Assembly (NCBI GenBank): GCA_026026165.1
Contig: JAPEUD010000082.1
Location: forward strand, 62,001 to 102,923
Direction: 5' to 3'
Origin: Sarea resinae
Taxonomy: Eukaryota
Length of the DNA stretch: 40,923 nucleotides
Shown here: one piece after another, positions 11,170-24,070 of the stretch
Layout: each line of letters opens with the position of its first letter
How positions within the stretch are numbered: the stretch's first letter is position 1
Position numbers and translations under genes: made by a program
Notes under the pieces: generated by a model
The model's input: the letters and a program-made list of their open reading frames with translations, nothing else
The model's database searches: none
Told to the model about the DNA's origin: nothing

Positions 11170-11645
11170 GGTGGTGGTGGTGGTGGAGTTGCGCGTGGCA
11201 GAGGAAGCCGTGGAATTCCTGGAAAAGAAGGCGCAATGGCTCAGATACGGTGAGGTAGTTGTAAAGGAATACTGAATGAAGTCTGAGGAATGTGCGGTGA
11301 GAGAGGCAGATGTGGGGGAGGGGGGGCAGTGCCAGTGCCAGATTGCAGGCTGCTTGACTTAGCAGGGTCCACAGCTGAAGCTTTGATGCTCGTATACGGG
11401 CCGATACGAATACAAGATAAGATAAGATAAGATACATCAGATAGTGGATGACGAGATCAAAGGGATCAACACAATGATCTGCGTCTACTCCGATCTGCCG
11501 TCTGTTGCTATTGTTCTCTCCCGCGCCGGCGCTTTTTGGATCCCTCATTCACACACACTTCTTCACTGCAATATGTTGTCCTTTGATATATCATAGCCCC
11601 TCTTCTCTTCCATATCTCTGCTCTCCCTTCTACACCACCATCGCC

Positions 11646-12754
11646 ATGGAGTTCACCAGCCCCGCCTACCCACGCGACTCTGCGCTTCCCGAGCTTCAGG
11701 TCGACGACACTACCACAGCAGCCTGGTCGCCAAACACTGCTTATCAGCGCCGTCCCTTTGCCCCTCATTCCGAGCCTCACGGCTACCCTGTGTCCACACC
11801 GAGCTCGGCGGCCTCAAACGGCGTGCCCCCGGGGCTGCGACGCGCCCAATTTACTGACGACAAAGGCCTCCCCCCTGCCCGCAACTCTCTCGCGGCCATC
11901 TCTCTCACCGCAAACGGCCTGGGTATCATCCTCGGTGCCGCCCTCCACGCGACCGTCTACCTCATCCTCACGCACAATGCGATCTGGCGTCTCCCCTTCT
12001 TCATCTCGCTGCTCTCGCTCTTCCACTTTCTAGAATTCTACATCACCGCCGCCTACAACGCGCGCCTAGCCACGACATCCGCCTTCCTCCTGACCTCGAA
12101 CGGCTGGACCTACCACCTGGCGCACACCGTGGCTATGGCCGAATGCCTCCTCGCGCACACGACCCCGCTCTCCCTACCAAACCTCATCGCGCGCTGCCTC
12201 CCCCGCCTCGGCCATCTCCTCCCGCGACACACGCACATCATCGTGCTCATGCTCGGCCTGGCCATGGTAGCCGTGGGCCAAACGACGCGCACGCTCGCCA
12301 TGGCGCAAGCCGGCACCAACTTCAACCACACGGTGCAGACGCGCCGCAGCCAAGACCACCAGCTCGTCACGCACGGCGTCTTCGCCCGCCTGCGCCATCC
12401 GTCCTACTTTGGCTTCTTCTGGTGGGGGCTCGGCACGCAGGCCGTCCTGGGGAATCCCGTGTGTTTTCTCCTCTACGCCCTGGCGCTCTGGTCCTTTTTC
12501 AAGCCGCGCATCGAGAGTGAGTTTTTCGTTTACCTGTCAACTTCCCTTCTTCTTCTTCTTCCTGCCACCCACCTACCCATCCACCAGCCCATCAGCCCAC
12601 CAGCCCTACCGAGACCTTCCTCCACTACTTCCCCTTTTACTGACGGCTCGAAACCACTTGTGCAGGAGAGGAGGAATTCCTCGTCCGTTTCTTCGGCAAG
12701 GAATACGTGGAATACCGCGCCCGAACACCCGTCGGCATCCCGTTTATCCGATAA
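11646..12754 (+). CDS. STE14: Protein-S-isoprenylcysteine O-methyltransferase; exons 11646-12516, 12666-12754
   Basis: Motifs FHFLEFYITA, AGTNFNHTVQ, HQLVTHGVFARLRHPSYFGFFWW. Splicing gives the conserved end RIEREEEFLVRFFGKEYVEYRARTPVGIPFIR*. ATG context gccATGg. Confidence 0.95.
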
Positions 12755-13064
12755 CACACAGTCACACTCACTTTCTCTCTCTCTCTCTCCATTTCTCTCG
12801 CAAAGTCCCAATATCTACAACTCGTTTTATTTACCTGGTCGGGCGCGGTACGGTGTGGTGCGGTGTGGTGCGGTATATACGCTTTTTTTTTCTCTTCTTG
12901 TTCTTGTTCTGGCATTACTCATTACTCATTCCTCGTTGTGTATTTGAGATTGAGAATTTGTGAATATGTGAATATGGGGATTATGGGAAATATATTCATG
13001 GTCGGAAACATTGCTCTCGCTCTCTCGCTCTCCCTATCTCTGACTCTCACATCTTGTATCCCCC

Positions 13065-13067
<3 letters not shown>

Positions 13068-13099
<32 letters not shown>

Positions 13100-13103
13100 C
13101 TTT

Positions 13104-13140
<37 letters not shown>

Positions 13141-13497
13141 CTCATATACCCTACTAGCTAGCCACCTCACCATTCGCTCCTCACTCCTTACTCCTAATCC
13201 CGTTCCTCATCCTTTGCCACCGGTCTCCATGCAGAGAGGGAGAACGAAAGAGGGAGAGAAAGAGAGAAAGAGAGAAAGATAAAGAGAGAAAGAAAAAGAG
13301 AGAGAGAAAAAGAGAGAGAGAAAAAGAGAGAGAGAGAGAGGACAGTAAATTACTACTACTACTACTACCACTACAGCCAATCTACAATCTACTATGATCA
13401 TCCACATCCACATCCATATCCACATCCATATCCAGGACGTCCGATTTGCCTTAAGAACGTGGTTCGAGGTAGTAGTAGTAGTAGTAGTAGTAGTAGT
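13068..13497. repeat. Compound microsatellite cluster: (TC)n 13068-13096, (CA)n 13106-13139, GA-rich 13232-13340, (TAC)n 13351-13368, (ATCCAC)n 13400-13434, (GTA)n 13469-13497
   Basis: Seen directly in the convergent STE14/PEX8 spacer. Confidence 0.95.
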
Positions 13498-13741
13498 CTG
13501 CTTACTTGCTCGCTCGCCAATGTGCGCCATGCCGCGGAAAGAAAGCGTCCTAGCAAGCCCTGGCCGAATTTCAACATCCAAACCGAAAAATAAAAATATG
13601 GAAAATAATGAAAAACGCCCATCCTCCCAGCCGCGCGGAAGCGCCCGTGGTACGTTTCATGCGCGCATGAAAGCAGCAGCCACGAAGATGAAGTGGTGTT
13701 TGAGTGTCTGAATGAATGGATGGATGGATGGATGGAAGCAT

Positions 13742-16348
13742 TCAGAGTTTACTCATATCCTGCTTCGGAGTCGCAGTCGCAGTCGCAGCCAGGGCGCCGT
13801 GCATCTTCCTCGTGCCGTCTTCGCCGTCCGTGTTCCCACCCCTATCCCCATGCCCTTCCCCTTGGCCGTCCCCCCTTTTCTCTCCACCACCTCCTCCACC
13901 ACCACCACCACCACCACCATCATGACCAAGACCAGAACCAGAACCAAAAAGCACACTCTCCCTGCCCCCCCGATTCGCCCACCAGGCCACACAGAGCGCG
14001 CTCCGCTCGACGTCCAGCTCGCCGCCACTGAGCACGTCCCAGAAGGCGTCGACGCCGACGGCGCGCATGGCGGGGTCTGGGATCGCGTCGAGCAGGGAGG
14101 CGGATAGGGGAAGCCATTCTTCGAGGACGGGGAGGGGGAGGTAGGGTAGGGTGGCCAGGAGGGTGAGGAGGAGGTGGGCGCGTTCGGAGAGGGGGGTGGT
14201 GGGCGTGTCGTGGTTGTCGTGGTTGTCGGAGTTGGTGTTGGTGGAGGTGCTGGAGGTGCTGGTGGTAGAGGGCGGAGGCAGGGGAAGTGTGCTAGGCGCA
14301 TTCAGGGCCCGGTGGTAGAGGAGCTCGAGGAGCGTCGAGGGGAGGTCGGGGTTCGAGACCGAGAGGGCCGATGAGGGCGATGCGGCGATTTGGACGAGTG
14401 TTTTGAATGCCAGGCGGAATTGCCGCGGGGAGAGGTTCTGTGGGAATACCTGTATTTTTATTTAATGCTTGGTCAATAGGGAATGAGATGTACAGGGACG
14501 GGATAACAAGCACATGGAGTGGGCTTGAGGAGTGGATCAGGATATGGAGAGTATGGAACAGAGAAAAAGAAGTGCATACCTTGAACAAGGCGTCGACGTA
14601 AAAGGGAAGATGTTTGGCCGTCGTGGTCGTCGCGCTCTGTGGCGCCGCTAGCACGGCAAGCATGACGCTATGCGCGGCTTCGAAGATCTCGAGGAGATTG
14701 TTGTTGCCGCCGGCACCGAGGTAGGGCGTGGCGGCCGCGACGAGGAGGTCCTCGTTGAGGTGCGGTGGGAGGACCAGGGTGAGGTGTTCGGCCGTGTTGA
14801 GGAAGTAGAGGTCTAGAAATCTGTCTAGGGGATGCGACGGGATCTGGCCGAGCTCGACGGGTGCGATTTCGGTCACGAACGCTTCGGCGTGTGCGGGATA
14901 CTGGGAGAGGATGTCGAGGGCCGCGTGCGAGACGAAGACGAGTTGAGAGAGACTGTTGGAGCCGAGCCGTGAGGAGATGAAATAGTTACCTCGGAGGATG
15001 TGGAGGGTCTGCTTGGCAAGAAAGGGGGCCCCTGATTCTGGAGCGTTAGCTTATCTGGCTGCGTGACGGAAGCTTGGTGGGAGACGGGGGAAATTAACTT
15101 CCGTCCGCGGCTAGATACCCGTCATTGAGTACTCTTCCCAGCACGGCCCTCAGAACAATCACAGTCGTAAACATGGTACTTTTGAGGACCTGCCATAGAA
15201 GCGGGATTGTCCTCTTCCGCGCGTCTTCGTGTAGGAAGAGGTGTTCTTCCGATCTGTCCACCTCGGACAATTTGTTTTGGCGCCAGAGGGTAAGTAAGGA
15301 GCGCGAGAAGCCATACAGATCATCCATTGCGGCGCAGACGAGCCCGGGATCCCGGACATTCTCGATGGAGTGTGCGATCAGGCGAGCGAGAGGGCCAATG
15401 GCGGAAACAAGTGGTCTAGAGGAGAGTCGCTGCAATTGCGTAAACGACGAAGACTTTGGCTGCACGAAAGGAAATCAGCAAACCTCCTAGTACCCATAGT
15501 AGTAGCAGAATGCAACGTACCGACCAGTTAAATTGGTTGTTATCAACCTGCAGGACATCGATATCGATCGTCCCCAGGAACAAACCCGACTGTAGTCCTT
15601 CGGACGAGAAGAACGTCGAGCCGATCAATACGGGTAGTAGATTCTGCGTCCTGACGTTAGTAGTCAGTTGAAATGAGCCGCTGCTGTCGTACTTACGTCG
15701 TAATCTACCTGTGATCTCTCAAAGTCGGAGACCAATTCGAAGCTATGATTCAAAACCATGGCCACACAATGCGCCCCTGATTCATCCCCATCGGCAATCT
15801 CTTCCAAAGCCAAATTCGCAGCTTTTACCAACGCGGTCTCTAATGTCAACCTCAGTGATTTCGGCAGCCCTTGTCTGTCGTGCTCTTCAAATCCCAACAA
15901 CAAGCCGCCAAGTACCAGCAAATGTCTCCATCTAGGAGTCCTCTCGTCAGCGCCTTTTACGACGGCTGTGACCCATTCTTCGCGACCCAACACCGCTCGT
16001 GCGGGGAACTGCAATGGATACGCCGGTGACGTCTCTTCTCTTAGGGTCGCAAGACTGGCGGAATGGAAGACGCCCATCACACGGAAGCATGTCCGAAGTC
16101 CCTCGGGACGTTGCCATATTGCCGGTGCCGCGAGCAGATGATGAGTGAGCAACGTGACATTGAGAGGATTCGAGAGTGTCGCTAGCAGCGATGCCGCTGT
16201 CGAGAGTAGTCTGGAACGAAGTCAGTGCCAGGCGGAGGGTATTATGATTCGCGAACTGAGATGCTAGAGCATACCTGGGCGTGTCTTGTTGATCAGAGTA
16301 GGACTGTAGTGACCGGAGAAGAGTTCCCAGTAGCCTGTCCGCAGGCAT
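13742..16348 (-). CDS. PEX8: Peroxin Pex8; exons 16348-16275, 16210-15697, 15643-15521, 15459-15099, 15031-14580, 14449-13742
   Basis: N-terminus MPADRLLGTLLRSLQ, then LSNPLNVTLLTHHLLAAPAIW, WRQNKLSEVD, LLEIFEAAHSVMLAV, FPQNLSPRQFRLAF, GELDVERSALCVAWW. Ends in the PTS1 signal SKL*. Five canonical introns keep the frame. Confidence 0.9.
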
Positions 16349-16649
16349 TTTGCTCAGGTCTCTTTGAATTGCTTAATACTCGTGGGGTTTCATGAGAGCA
16401 TTTGATATATATTTGTTGTGGCTCGAGTGATGGAGGAGCTCGCGCATATCATTGCGTTTGAAGCGTCAATGTCGTAGCTGTCTAGCCGAGGCACGGCGTA
16501 TGCGGCCATACGCGGCGCACATCCATGGATCGGATGTCTCGACCTCCAGCTGGCGATCTGGCGATCCACGTCTACAATCCGAGACATCATCAACACTATC
16601 CGTCCCACAATTCAAGAGCAGCTCCCCCTCTACTCATATATATATAGCA

Positions 16650-17210
16650 ATGGTGTCGGCAGCGTGAGCGCTCCCCTTCCCAATTAAATGATAATAGATC
16701 ATGAATTGACCATTACAACAGTGTCCGCCTCGATAATCCAACACCGCTAGACTATGTCACGCCGAAATTCCCCTCCCTCTACTGGCCTTTCACCGGCCAT
16801 GCAGGCGTGGCGTCCTATCTCTATTCGACTGGCGCAATATGGCGCTTTACCTTTCTCTGGACCATCATCATATACGGCGCCTGCTATCTGGCTGCAAGCC
16901 TCTACGCCGTCATAATGCAGCCACGGAATTGGAGGCTGATCTGGCTTGTGCCCCTGGTTTACATTGTTATTGGGGGCGTCGAAGCCATGGTAGCGGGTAG
17001 TGTAGTGGGAGGATTGTGAGCATGACCTATAATCATCACGCGCGCACTGTTGGAAAGATTTAAAAACTAATCGGTGGGGACTATTATAGGCTCGGTGCTG
17101 TTTATACAGAGGGTTATTTCAAAATGTCGACTTGGGTACCATTTGTGTGGGCTCTGATCAGTGTCCTGATCATCATTCTCTCTTCGTACGCCATCCAAGG
17201 CGGGCTCTGA
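16650..17210 (+). CDS. Small integral membrane protein, TMEM170-like; exons 16650-16663, 16722-17015, 17090-17210
   Basis: Spliced product reads ...PLDYVTPKFPSLYWP...IWRFTFLWT...GSVVGGLLGAVYTEGYFKMSTWVPFVWA, with three hydrophobic spans. The 14-nt first exon is the least certain part. Confidence 0.8.
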
Positions 17211-17495
17211 GGCATGTGGAAGGACGAAAGACAATACAAAAGAGAGCCAAGCCTCGCAGCAACCCAGATAGGGCGGCACGCCATTAGTGGAAAGATAGGA
17301 GTAGAAGGAAGATCTGTCCTCAACGTCACGACGACATGATATACACTGGTATCGCACCACGGAATAAGGTATGGGTAATCACAGGATCGATAGCCTTGTC
17401 ATCGCCCCAAGTCAGAGTGCCACGATGTTTGACGGCTGGCTGGAGGAGCGTATCTAACTATCATACACAGGTTCCCTTGACAGCTAAAGCGTCAA

Positions 17496-19503
17496 TCAAC
17501 CTTCTTGGTTATCGCCCGCGGCATCATCCTCAGAATCGACTTCGACTTTTGTCGATTGCTCGGTAGCAGGCTGGGAGCTCGCAGCCTTTCTCGACGCCGG
17601 CAGGCCAGCAGAGCTAACATATAGAAACAGTTCGCTCTTGAAGTTGTCGATGTGGGCGAAGAAAGAATGGAACCTGTATCAACAGATTAGCTCAGCTCAA
17701 TCAAAAGTTAGTGTAGAGCCTAGTCCACTAACTTATTATCGCTCTCCTCTTCCCTAAAAATCCGTTCATAGATTTCTCTCTGCTTGAATTCTTCCATCTC
17801 TGTTTCGAATTTTCCAAAGTCAATCTTCTCCCTGTTTAACTTTGAGACTGCCCGCTCATTGTAAGAGTCGAAGATCGGCCTTTCCAGCAGCAATCCTAAC
17901 CCAGGAGCTTTTGGAATGTTGACGGTCTCGGGCCCGTAAGTATCGGTGATCCGCACGGGTGGGCACCCGCATCTCACTACAAGAGCTGCCATGCTCACCA
18001 TCTTCCTGATCTGATGCATCATGAAACTCTGTCCGTGCACTTTCAGACTCAGCCATTCTGTATCGTTGATGATGACTGGTTTCTCTCCCACGACAAATGA
18101 TCTTATGACGCGCTTTGCCGATGGATCCTTAAAATTCTTTTTGATGGTATAATTGTGAAAATTCTTTGTTCCCAAGTAGAGATTGAGAGTCTCACGAACG
18201 CGCTCTAGGCGTTTGGGAGGGATTCGATGTGCCTTTTTGGCTGTTAGATACGCTGCTTTTAGAGACTTGATGGCCGAGTCAAGGTGCATGTGCTCCAATT
18301 TCCTGCTTTCCGGATCACCCTCGGGATCTTCAACCTCGGATTTCGGCTCAATAGGCGCCTCTGGGTCAACCTCAGAGTCATACAGCGCCTTCAGGACGAG
18401 GCTTTGAGTCTTATCGTCAAGGGTCTCCAGGATTGGCTTGATGTATTTAGCCTCGGTTTCAGCCCAGAAGGAAGAGACCTCTTCCTGGCGTTTCTCAAAC
18501 CCTTCGCTGTCACCGGCTTCTTCGGCCAATTCCACCAACTTCTTTCCTAGATAGCTCGAGGGATGAGGCGGTAGGAACGAATGCGTAGGGATTAGATATT
18601 CGTAGATTCTCGAATCGCACGTCTGATAGCAGCTGAAAGAACCATTTGTGCGTTCTATTCCCCAGACCCGTATCTGAGGAGATAGATTCTCGTTGATCTT
18701 CTTCACTATGTCCGGATCTTCCACGATGAGCTTCAACGATATTACGTTTCCGGCTGCGTGCACTCCCTTGTCGGTGCGGGCGCATCGTACAAGAGAAGAC
18801 TTCTTCGGATCATCCGCATTGGCCTTCGAGATCGCACTGGCTGCAACAAAGGCTGAAAATAAGTCACCCTCGATAGTCTTTTCCGCTCCATTCCTACGGA
18901 TGAGTTCAGCACGCGTGAGCAATAACGTCCAACAATGAGGATACCCACAGTTGCATGCCCTTGTAGCCACTTCCCGAATACCCGATCAGGACGGCCACCT
19001 TGCGCTTGGGTCTTCGTTCCTCATTTGCGATCTCTTCCTGTGAGAAGGCAGGCGCCGGTCCTTCCGACGTGCCTTCTCCAGATTCTACCTTTTGGCGTTT
19101 TGCCGCTTGCTCGGCCTCATTCTGCGCCCTTTTGTCTAGACGCGTTCGACTGGCTGAGTTAGTTAGTTGCGAATATAGCATTGGATGTTTCGCCGTCATA
19201 CAAGTATTCCAGACGCCCCAGATCCTTTCCCTTACGCTTACCACCACGTCCTCGGTCTCTATGGTCCCCTTTGCCCCTAGCACCTCCCCTGCTGCCCCGA
19301 TGCGCGCCTGATTCCGACCGCCGTGAGTTGTTGTCGTCGCCAACTCTCTGCGGTTGGCCCCCAGCCTGGGCGGCGCTCTGACCTGGCTGCGACTCCGGTG
19401 CAGGAATAGTTGCCGACGGCTCTGCTGAAGGGTCAGCTTTTGCCATTGGATCCGCCAAAGACATTGCGACAGAGGCAGCTTTGGCATCGTCAACGCTGTC
19501 CAT
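17496..19503 (-). CDS. PUS1: tRNA pseudouridine synthase 1 (TruA family); exons 19503-19202, 19149-18949, 18893-17733, 17673-17496
   Basis: Motifs KRKVAVLIGYSGSGYKGMQ, catalytic ARTDKGVHA, GTKNFHNYT, GQSFMMHQIRKM, IPKAPGLGLLL. Start chosen at accATGg 19503; an in-frame ATG also exists at 19704. Confidence 0.93.
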
Positions 19504-19994
19504 GGTAAGTTTTCTTGTTGATGCCCTTCTTGGGAGCCCGCACTCGAATTTCGATATCGCAGCAGTACAGGAATTGGAGGTGGATGCTGAGTCAGCAAAA
19601 CGTCCCTCTTCAGCCCTATCGAGCTGCATCTGCCATGTATCTTCGTGCGGTTGTGCATCAATAATGATGTCTCCATGCTCTTTGTCGGATTCATCTGTCG
19701 CCATTCACTCTCCACCTCCACCATCAGTCACTCAACATTCAACGTCCGCCACCTGTGACCCTCCGGCGATCCCACTTCACTCGCACCAGCGCTGTAGCTG
19801 CTTGAGTGATTATGGATCGTATTGTTCTTGAACATCCTTAACACTCTTTTCACCGAAGACCCTCGTTTCGTCATCTTCATACCTCACGCTGGTGGAATCT
19901 TGCCAATTGTCAGCGCTTTGAGGGTTCCCATCTCGACTTTTATCATCGCAATTGCAGATCTCACCCTAATCGCCTCATAAAAAAGCCTCCCATC

Positions 19995-21503
19995 ATGGAA
20001 CTTGCGAAGACGCTGATCAGAAGCGTCGCGCGCGCCTTCTACGACACAGAGCACATCCTGGTGGTGGATGCGTTGATGATTCATTCAGCGTATGTGGCCA
20101 CATGTCTCCAGCAAGAGAGCTAGATACTGAGTTTTATAGTCTACGAGATGACGATCTAGCCCTCTTACTTGGAATGCAAGTCAAGGGACTCCGCAAGCTC
20201 TGCGGAAAGTTGAGGGAGGATAGACTGCTCGCAGTGTTCGTCAGCACCAATATTGTCTCCATCAAGTTTACACTAATGAGATATCTTGCAATCCAGCCAC
20301 TCACGCTCTGAAACCCGTGAGGGCATGCAGCGGCCTATCACGAAAGACTATTACTACATCGACTTCCACCTCACCATCGATGCTATCAAGTACCGCATCT
20401 ATAAAATCACCAAACAGGTCGAAGGCATGTTCATGCCTACGGAGGAAAAGAAAGACTACTTCTGCCCGAAATGCAAGTCGCGCTGGACGCAACTTCAAGT
20501 CCTCGACAATCCCGGCCCCTTTGGCTTCAACTGCCACCGTTGCGGCAACCCTCTCCAACACGCCGATGAAAGCGCCGCCGACAGGAGTGGCCACGAAAAG
20601 CAAAGCCGTCTCATGAGCCAACTCAATGGTATGCTCAAGCTCCTCCAGGAAATTGACAAAACTGCCATACCCAACAACGATTTCGACGCCGCCCTTTCAG
20701 TCGCTGTTCCCGTCCAGCGCAACCAGCAAACCAATCCCACTCGCCACATGGTTCCATTAACTACAGGCCGTGCGGTGCCGACATCAGTAAAGGGTCTCGC
20801 CACCGAAGCGCCTCAGATAGAAGTTTCCCTCACCACCTCGTCCGAAAAGACTGCAGCCGAACACGCTGCGGTCGCCGAGCGCAATGCCGCGTTAGCTGCG
20901 CAGAACGCCCTTCCTGTGTGGTATACGAATTCGACCGTTTCGGGAGAGGCAACCGCCTTGGGCAAAAAGGAGGCCGCAGCGCAGCGCGAGCGCGAGGCCA
21001 TTGGCTTACCCGCCGGAGCTGCCCCCTTGAAGCGCGAGGAGAGCGAAGATGTCAAGAAGAAGGGTGACGACAAGGACAGCGCGGCGCTGGAAGCTTATTT
21101 CGCCGAGCTAGCGGCCGAGAAAGAAAAGCAAGCGCGTGAGGACCGTGAAGAAGAAGAGGAAGAGGAAGACGGTAGTGATGGGGACGAAGACGAGGATGAG
21201 GGCGATTTCGAGGACGTCACTCCCGCGCCTGCTGCTGGCGTGGGTAATGGATCGGATGGTCGTAATGGCACCGATAACGGCAACGCCTCCAAGGGCAACG
21301 GATACAACAGTGCATCTCCGAGAGCTCAAGATGATGACAATGAGGCGCCAGGCCCTGCCGCGAAACGGGTCCGTATCGAAGAGCCGCCCGTTGCGGCGAA
21401 GACGGAAGATTCCAAGCCAGTGGATACGGCTACGGCGGCGCTGGCGCCAGCGACGCAGGAGGACTCGGAGGAAGACGAAGAGGTCGAGTTCGAGGACGTT
21501 TAG
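19995..21503 (+). CDS. TFA1: Transcription initiation factor TFIIE alpha subunit; exons 19995-20089, 20140-20235, 20297-21503
   Basis: MELAKTLIRSVARAFY, LRDDDLALLL, YYYIDFHLTIDAIKYR, Zn ribbon CPKC...CHRC, QNALPVWYTNSTV, acidic C-terminus ending EFEDV. Confidence 0.95.
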
Positions 21504-22408
21504 GAATCTCGCTTTTCGGTGCTTCTCTTGTCGGCTGTCTGTTCGCGTCCTATCACACTGTGCTGCGTAACCCCACGCAGAGAAACGGACAAACAGACAG
21601 CCAGACAGATAGGAGCGCCAATCAAGTCGAAAAAAAGGGTGGCATCAGCATAAGCATTTTGGTGTTTGGGTTGTGGGTCTGTGATATTCCTGGAGTTTCT
21701 GCGGCGTTAGAAGACTGATGGTCTGGGGGTTTTGCTTCGGAGTCGGTTGATTCAGCATTTCGCGTGGGGCCTTTCCGGCGGATCGGAAAGAGATAGACAC
21801 GGCTAGGAGGCTGGAGGCTTGAGGATAGAAGGACAGATGGAGAGAGGAATTGATCAATCGCTCTTACGCTCGGTTGGCCATTCATTCATTCACGGATACG
21901 GGGAACGTTTACTGGAATATTTAGGTCAGGACTTCCTAGATCAACTGTACAGTCTGATACATAGAGAGAGAGAGAGAAAGACAACGTCCGTGAGTGGAAA
22001 AAAATACGCACAAAGCAGCAATATATAACCAGTTGAATAGAATAGATCGTTTCGCTTTCCACGTTCTTGTTCATGTGCATGTTTCGTTTTGCTGATCGGC
22101 CATCTATTTGTATCATTATTTATTTCCCTTTTGGTGTTTCTGTGGTAGTGTGAGTATTGAGTGAATATTGAATGCAGATGCCAACGCCTAGTGCCCAATG
22201 CCCAATGCGAGGTCGAACAGGCACGCCAGAAACTCCAGACTAGAGGAGCCGACCAGGATCCCGTTTACAGACTACCGTTTCTACGTCACCTAGCTGTTCC
22301 GACATCACACAGCCCACCGACCTTACCATAGCCACGAGCGAAAGCACAGCTGTACACAGACGAGAAGAAAAAGAAAAAAAGAAAGAAAGAAAAGAAAAAC
22401 GCCCGGCG

Positions 22409-23680
22409 TTACGTCCCGGCCGCCTTGCCAGCGGCCGCAGCCTCCTCCTTCTCCCTCTTACGTCTCAGATAACGCTCCTTGGCGCCCTCGATATCCGAGC
22501 TCGTCTTGCGGCTCTTGGCCGCGCGCTCGAGTTCTCTCTGCTGGTCGGCCTCGTCGTCGGCGGCGCGTTTGGCCGCGGCTTCGAGCTGGGACGCCACGAG
22601 GGCGGACTGGCGCTCGCGGAGGGCGGCTTTGGTATTGGTGGGCGATGGTCGGTTGGGGCCGTTGAGGAGGCTGTTGGTGGATGTGGATGGGGGCCGCGAG
22701 GAAGAGGAGGAGGAGGATGGCGGGGGGGCCGGTTTGCGCGGCCGCATGTTCAGGCCCGCCGAGAGGAGTTGCCGCTTGTCTACTACGGCGCCCTCGTCGT
22801 TGGTGATGATCGAGGCGCCCTGGGCGTTGAGCTCGCGCGCGATGTCGGCTTCGGATTTGTCTTCGGGGGCTGCTTCCGCTGTGGTGGCGGCGGCGGCGGC
22901 GTCGTCCCCCTTCGTGGTGGCGGCAGCAGCAGTGGCGGCAGCAGCAACAAGCTCCTCATGCCTCTTCTCATCCTTCTCCAGCACGCTTTTGTAGAAGCCC
23001 ACCATGCCGCCTCCACCCTCCCTCTTCCGTCTCGCCTCGGCTTCCTCCTCTTTCGCTTTCTCCTCTGCCTCTAGCCGCTTCACTTCCTCTTGTTGGGCTT
23101 TGTAGGCGCCGGTGACGAATTTCTCCTTGTCGGCGAATTCGTCGCCTTCAGCCTCGCGCTCTTTCAGGAGCATTTTCTCCTTGGCGCGCAGCTGGTCGCG
23201 CTTGCGCAGGTCGGCCGCCGCCAGCAGCTCCGCCATGTAGCGCGGCTTGCGCGATGCTGCGTCGGCGGCTTCGGCGGCTTTCTTGGCCGCCGATTTCGCG
23301 TGCAGGCTGTCGTACACAGCGTCGTAGTCGTAGATGGTCGGGTCCAGGGACGTGGCATCCTGTGTGTGCTTTTGTGAGGTGTGCTGTGAGGAGAGAGAGG
23401 CGTATTGTTGGGCGAGCGGTTTGGGTTTCGATGAGGTCGTCTTCTGCTGCTGTTGCTGCTGTTGGGATTTTCGAGACGCAATGCTGGATTCTTTGGGAGC
23501 TGATGGCTTCGTTTCATCGAAAACGCCGATTTCTTCTACGTTGTCCTCGTTCTTCGCTCCGTCTTCTGCGTCTGAGTCGTCATCTTCGCCGAAGATGGGT
23601 TTGCGCTTTGCAGGCGATGGTTTTGCGGGGCCGGAGGGGGCCTTCTTCGTGAGGTTGAGCCCGTAGGCTAGAGGTGGCAT
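22409..23680 (-). CDS. NSRP1: Nuclear speckle splicing regulatory protein 1 / CCDC55-like coiled-coil protein (DUF2040), intronless
   Basis: Motifs LAYGLNL, DPTIYDYDAVYD, KPRYMAELL, EREAEGDEFADKEKFVTGAYK and C-terminal AKERYLRRK. Confidence 0.85.
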   Translation of the reverse strand: MPPLAYGLNLTKKAPSGPAKPSPAKRKPIFGEDDDSDAEDGAKNEDNVEEIGVFDETKPSAPKESSIASRKSQQQQQQQKTTSSKPKPLAQQYASLSSQHTSQKHTQDATSLDPTIYDYDAVYDSLHAKSAAKKAAEAADAASRKPRYMAELLAAADLRKRDQLRAKEKMLLKEREAEGDEFADKEKFVTGAYKAQQEEVKRLEAEEKAKEEEAEARRKREGGGGMVGFYKSVLEKDEKRHEELVAAAATAAAATTKGDDAAAAATTAEAAPEDKSEADIARELNAQGASIITNDEGAVVDKRQLLSAGLNMRPRKPAPPPSSSSSSSRPPSTSTNSLLNGPNRPSPTNTKAALRERQSALVASQLEAAAKRAADDEADQQRELERAAKSRKTSSDIEGAKERYLRRKREKEEAAAAGKAAGT

Positions 23681-24070
23681 GCTGGGCGATGTGATCGGCG
23701 TGGATGTTATCGGTCCATGTGCTTGTTATGTGCAGTGATAGTGATGCTGAACCGACAAGACGAAGACAGCCGCGGAAGATGAAGATGTGCGCGATGTGAA
23801 GTGAAGTAATGTGAATTGATGGAAGTGAAGCAAGCGAGCGAGCCTATCACCGACGTCAGCGTCAAGTCGATCCGACATCGATCTTTCTTTCTTTGGTTCG
23901 TCCCTTTTGCTCGACCGTGCTCACTCATTGACGACTCTACATCCATATCCGGCAAATATTACATCGTAAACCCTCACACTCAAGTCCCGGATCAAAAGCC
24001 TCGCCCGACATGCGATGATCAACCCTCCCCCACACGCCACCAGACCGCTTTCATCTCTCCGCGCGCCATC

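Noticed and set aside
11505..12947. 480-aa STE14 ORF as listed in the track
   Set aside because: It starts at TTG in the leader and reads through an intron. Splicing 12517-12665 restores the conserved C-terminus.
12860..13930. ORFs in the microsatellite cluster (poly-LS, HT, HI, V, T), and the LPTY-repeat ORF at 1882-2064
   Set aside because: They are translations of simple repeats that happen to lack stop codons.
19504..19704. 67-aa in-frame N-terminal extension of PUS1
   Set aside because: It is acidic, unlike a mitochondrial presequence, and lies in the short promoter shared with TFA1. ATG 19503 has the better context. It cannot be excluded without TSS data.
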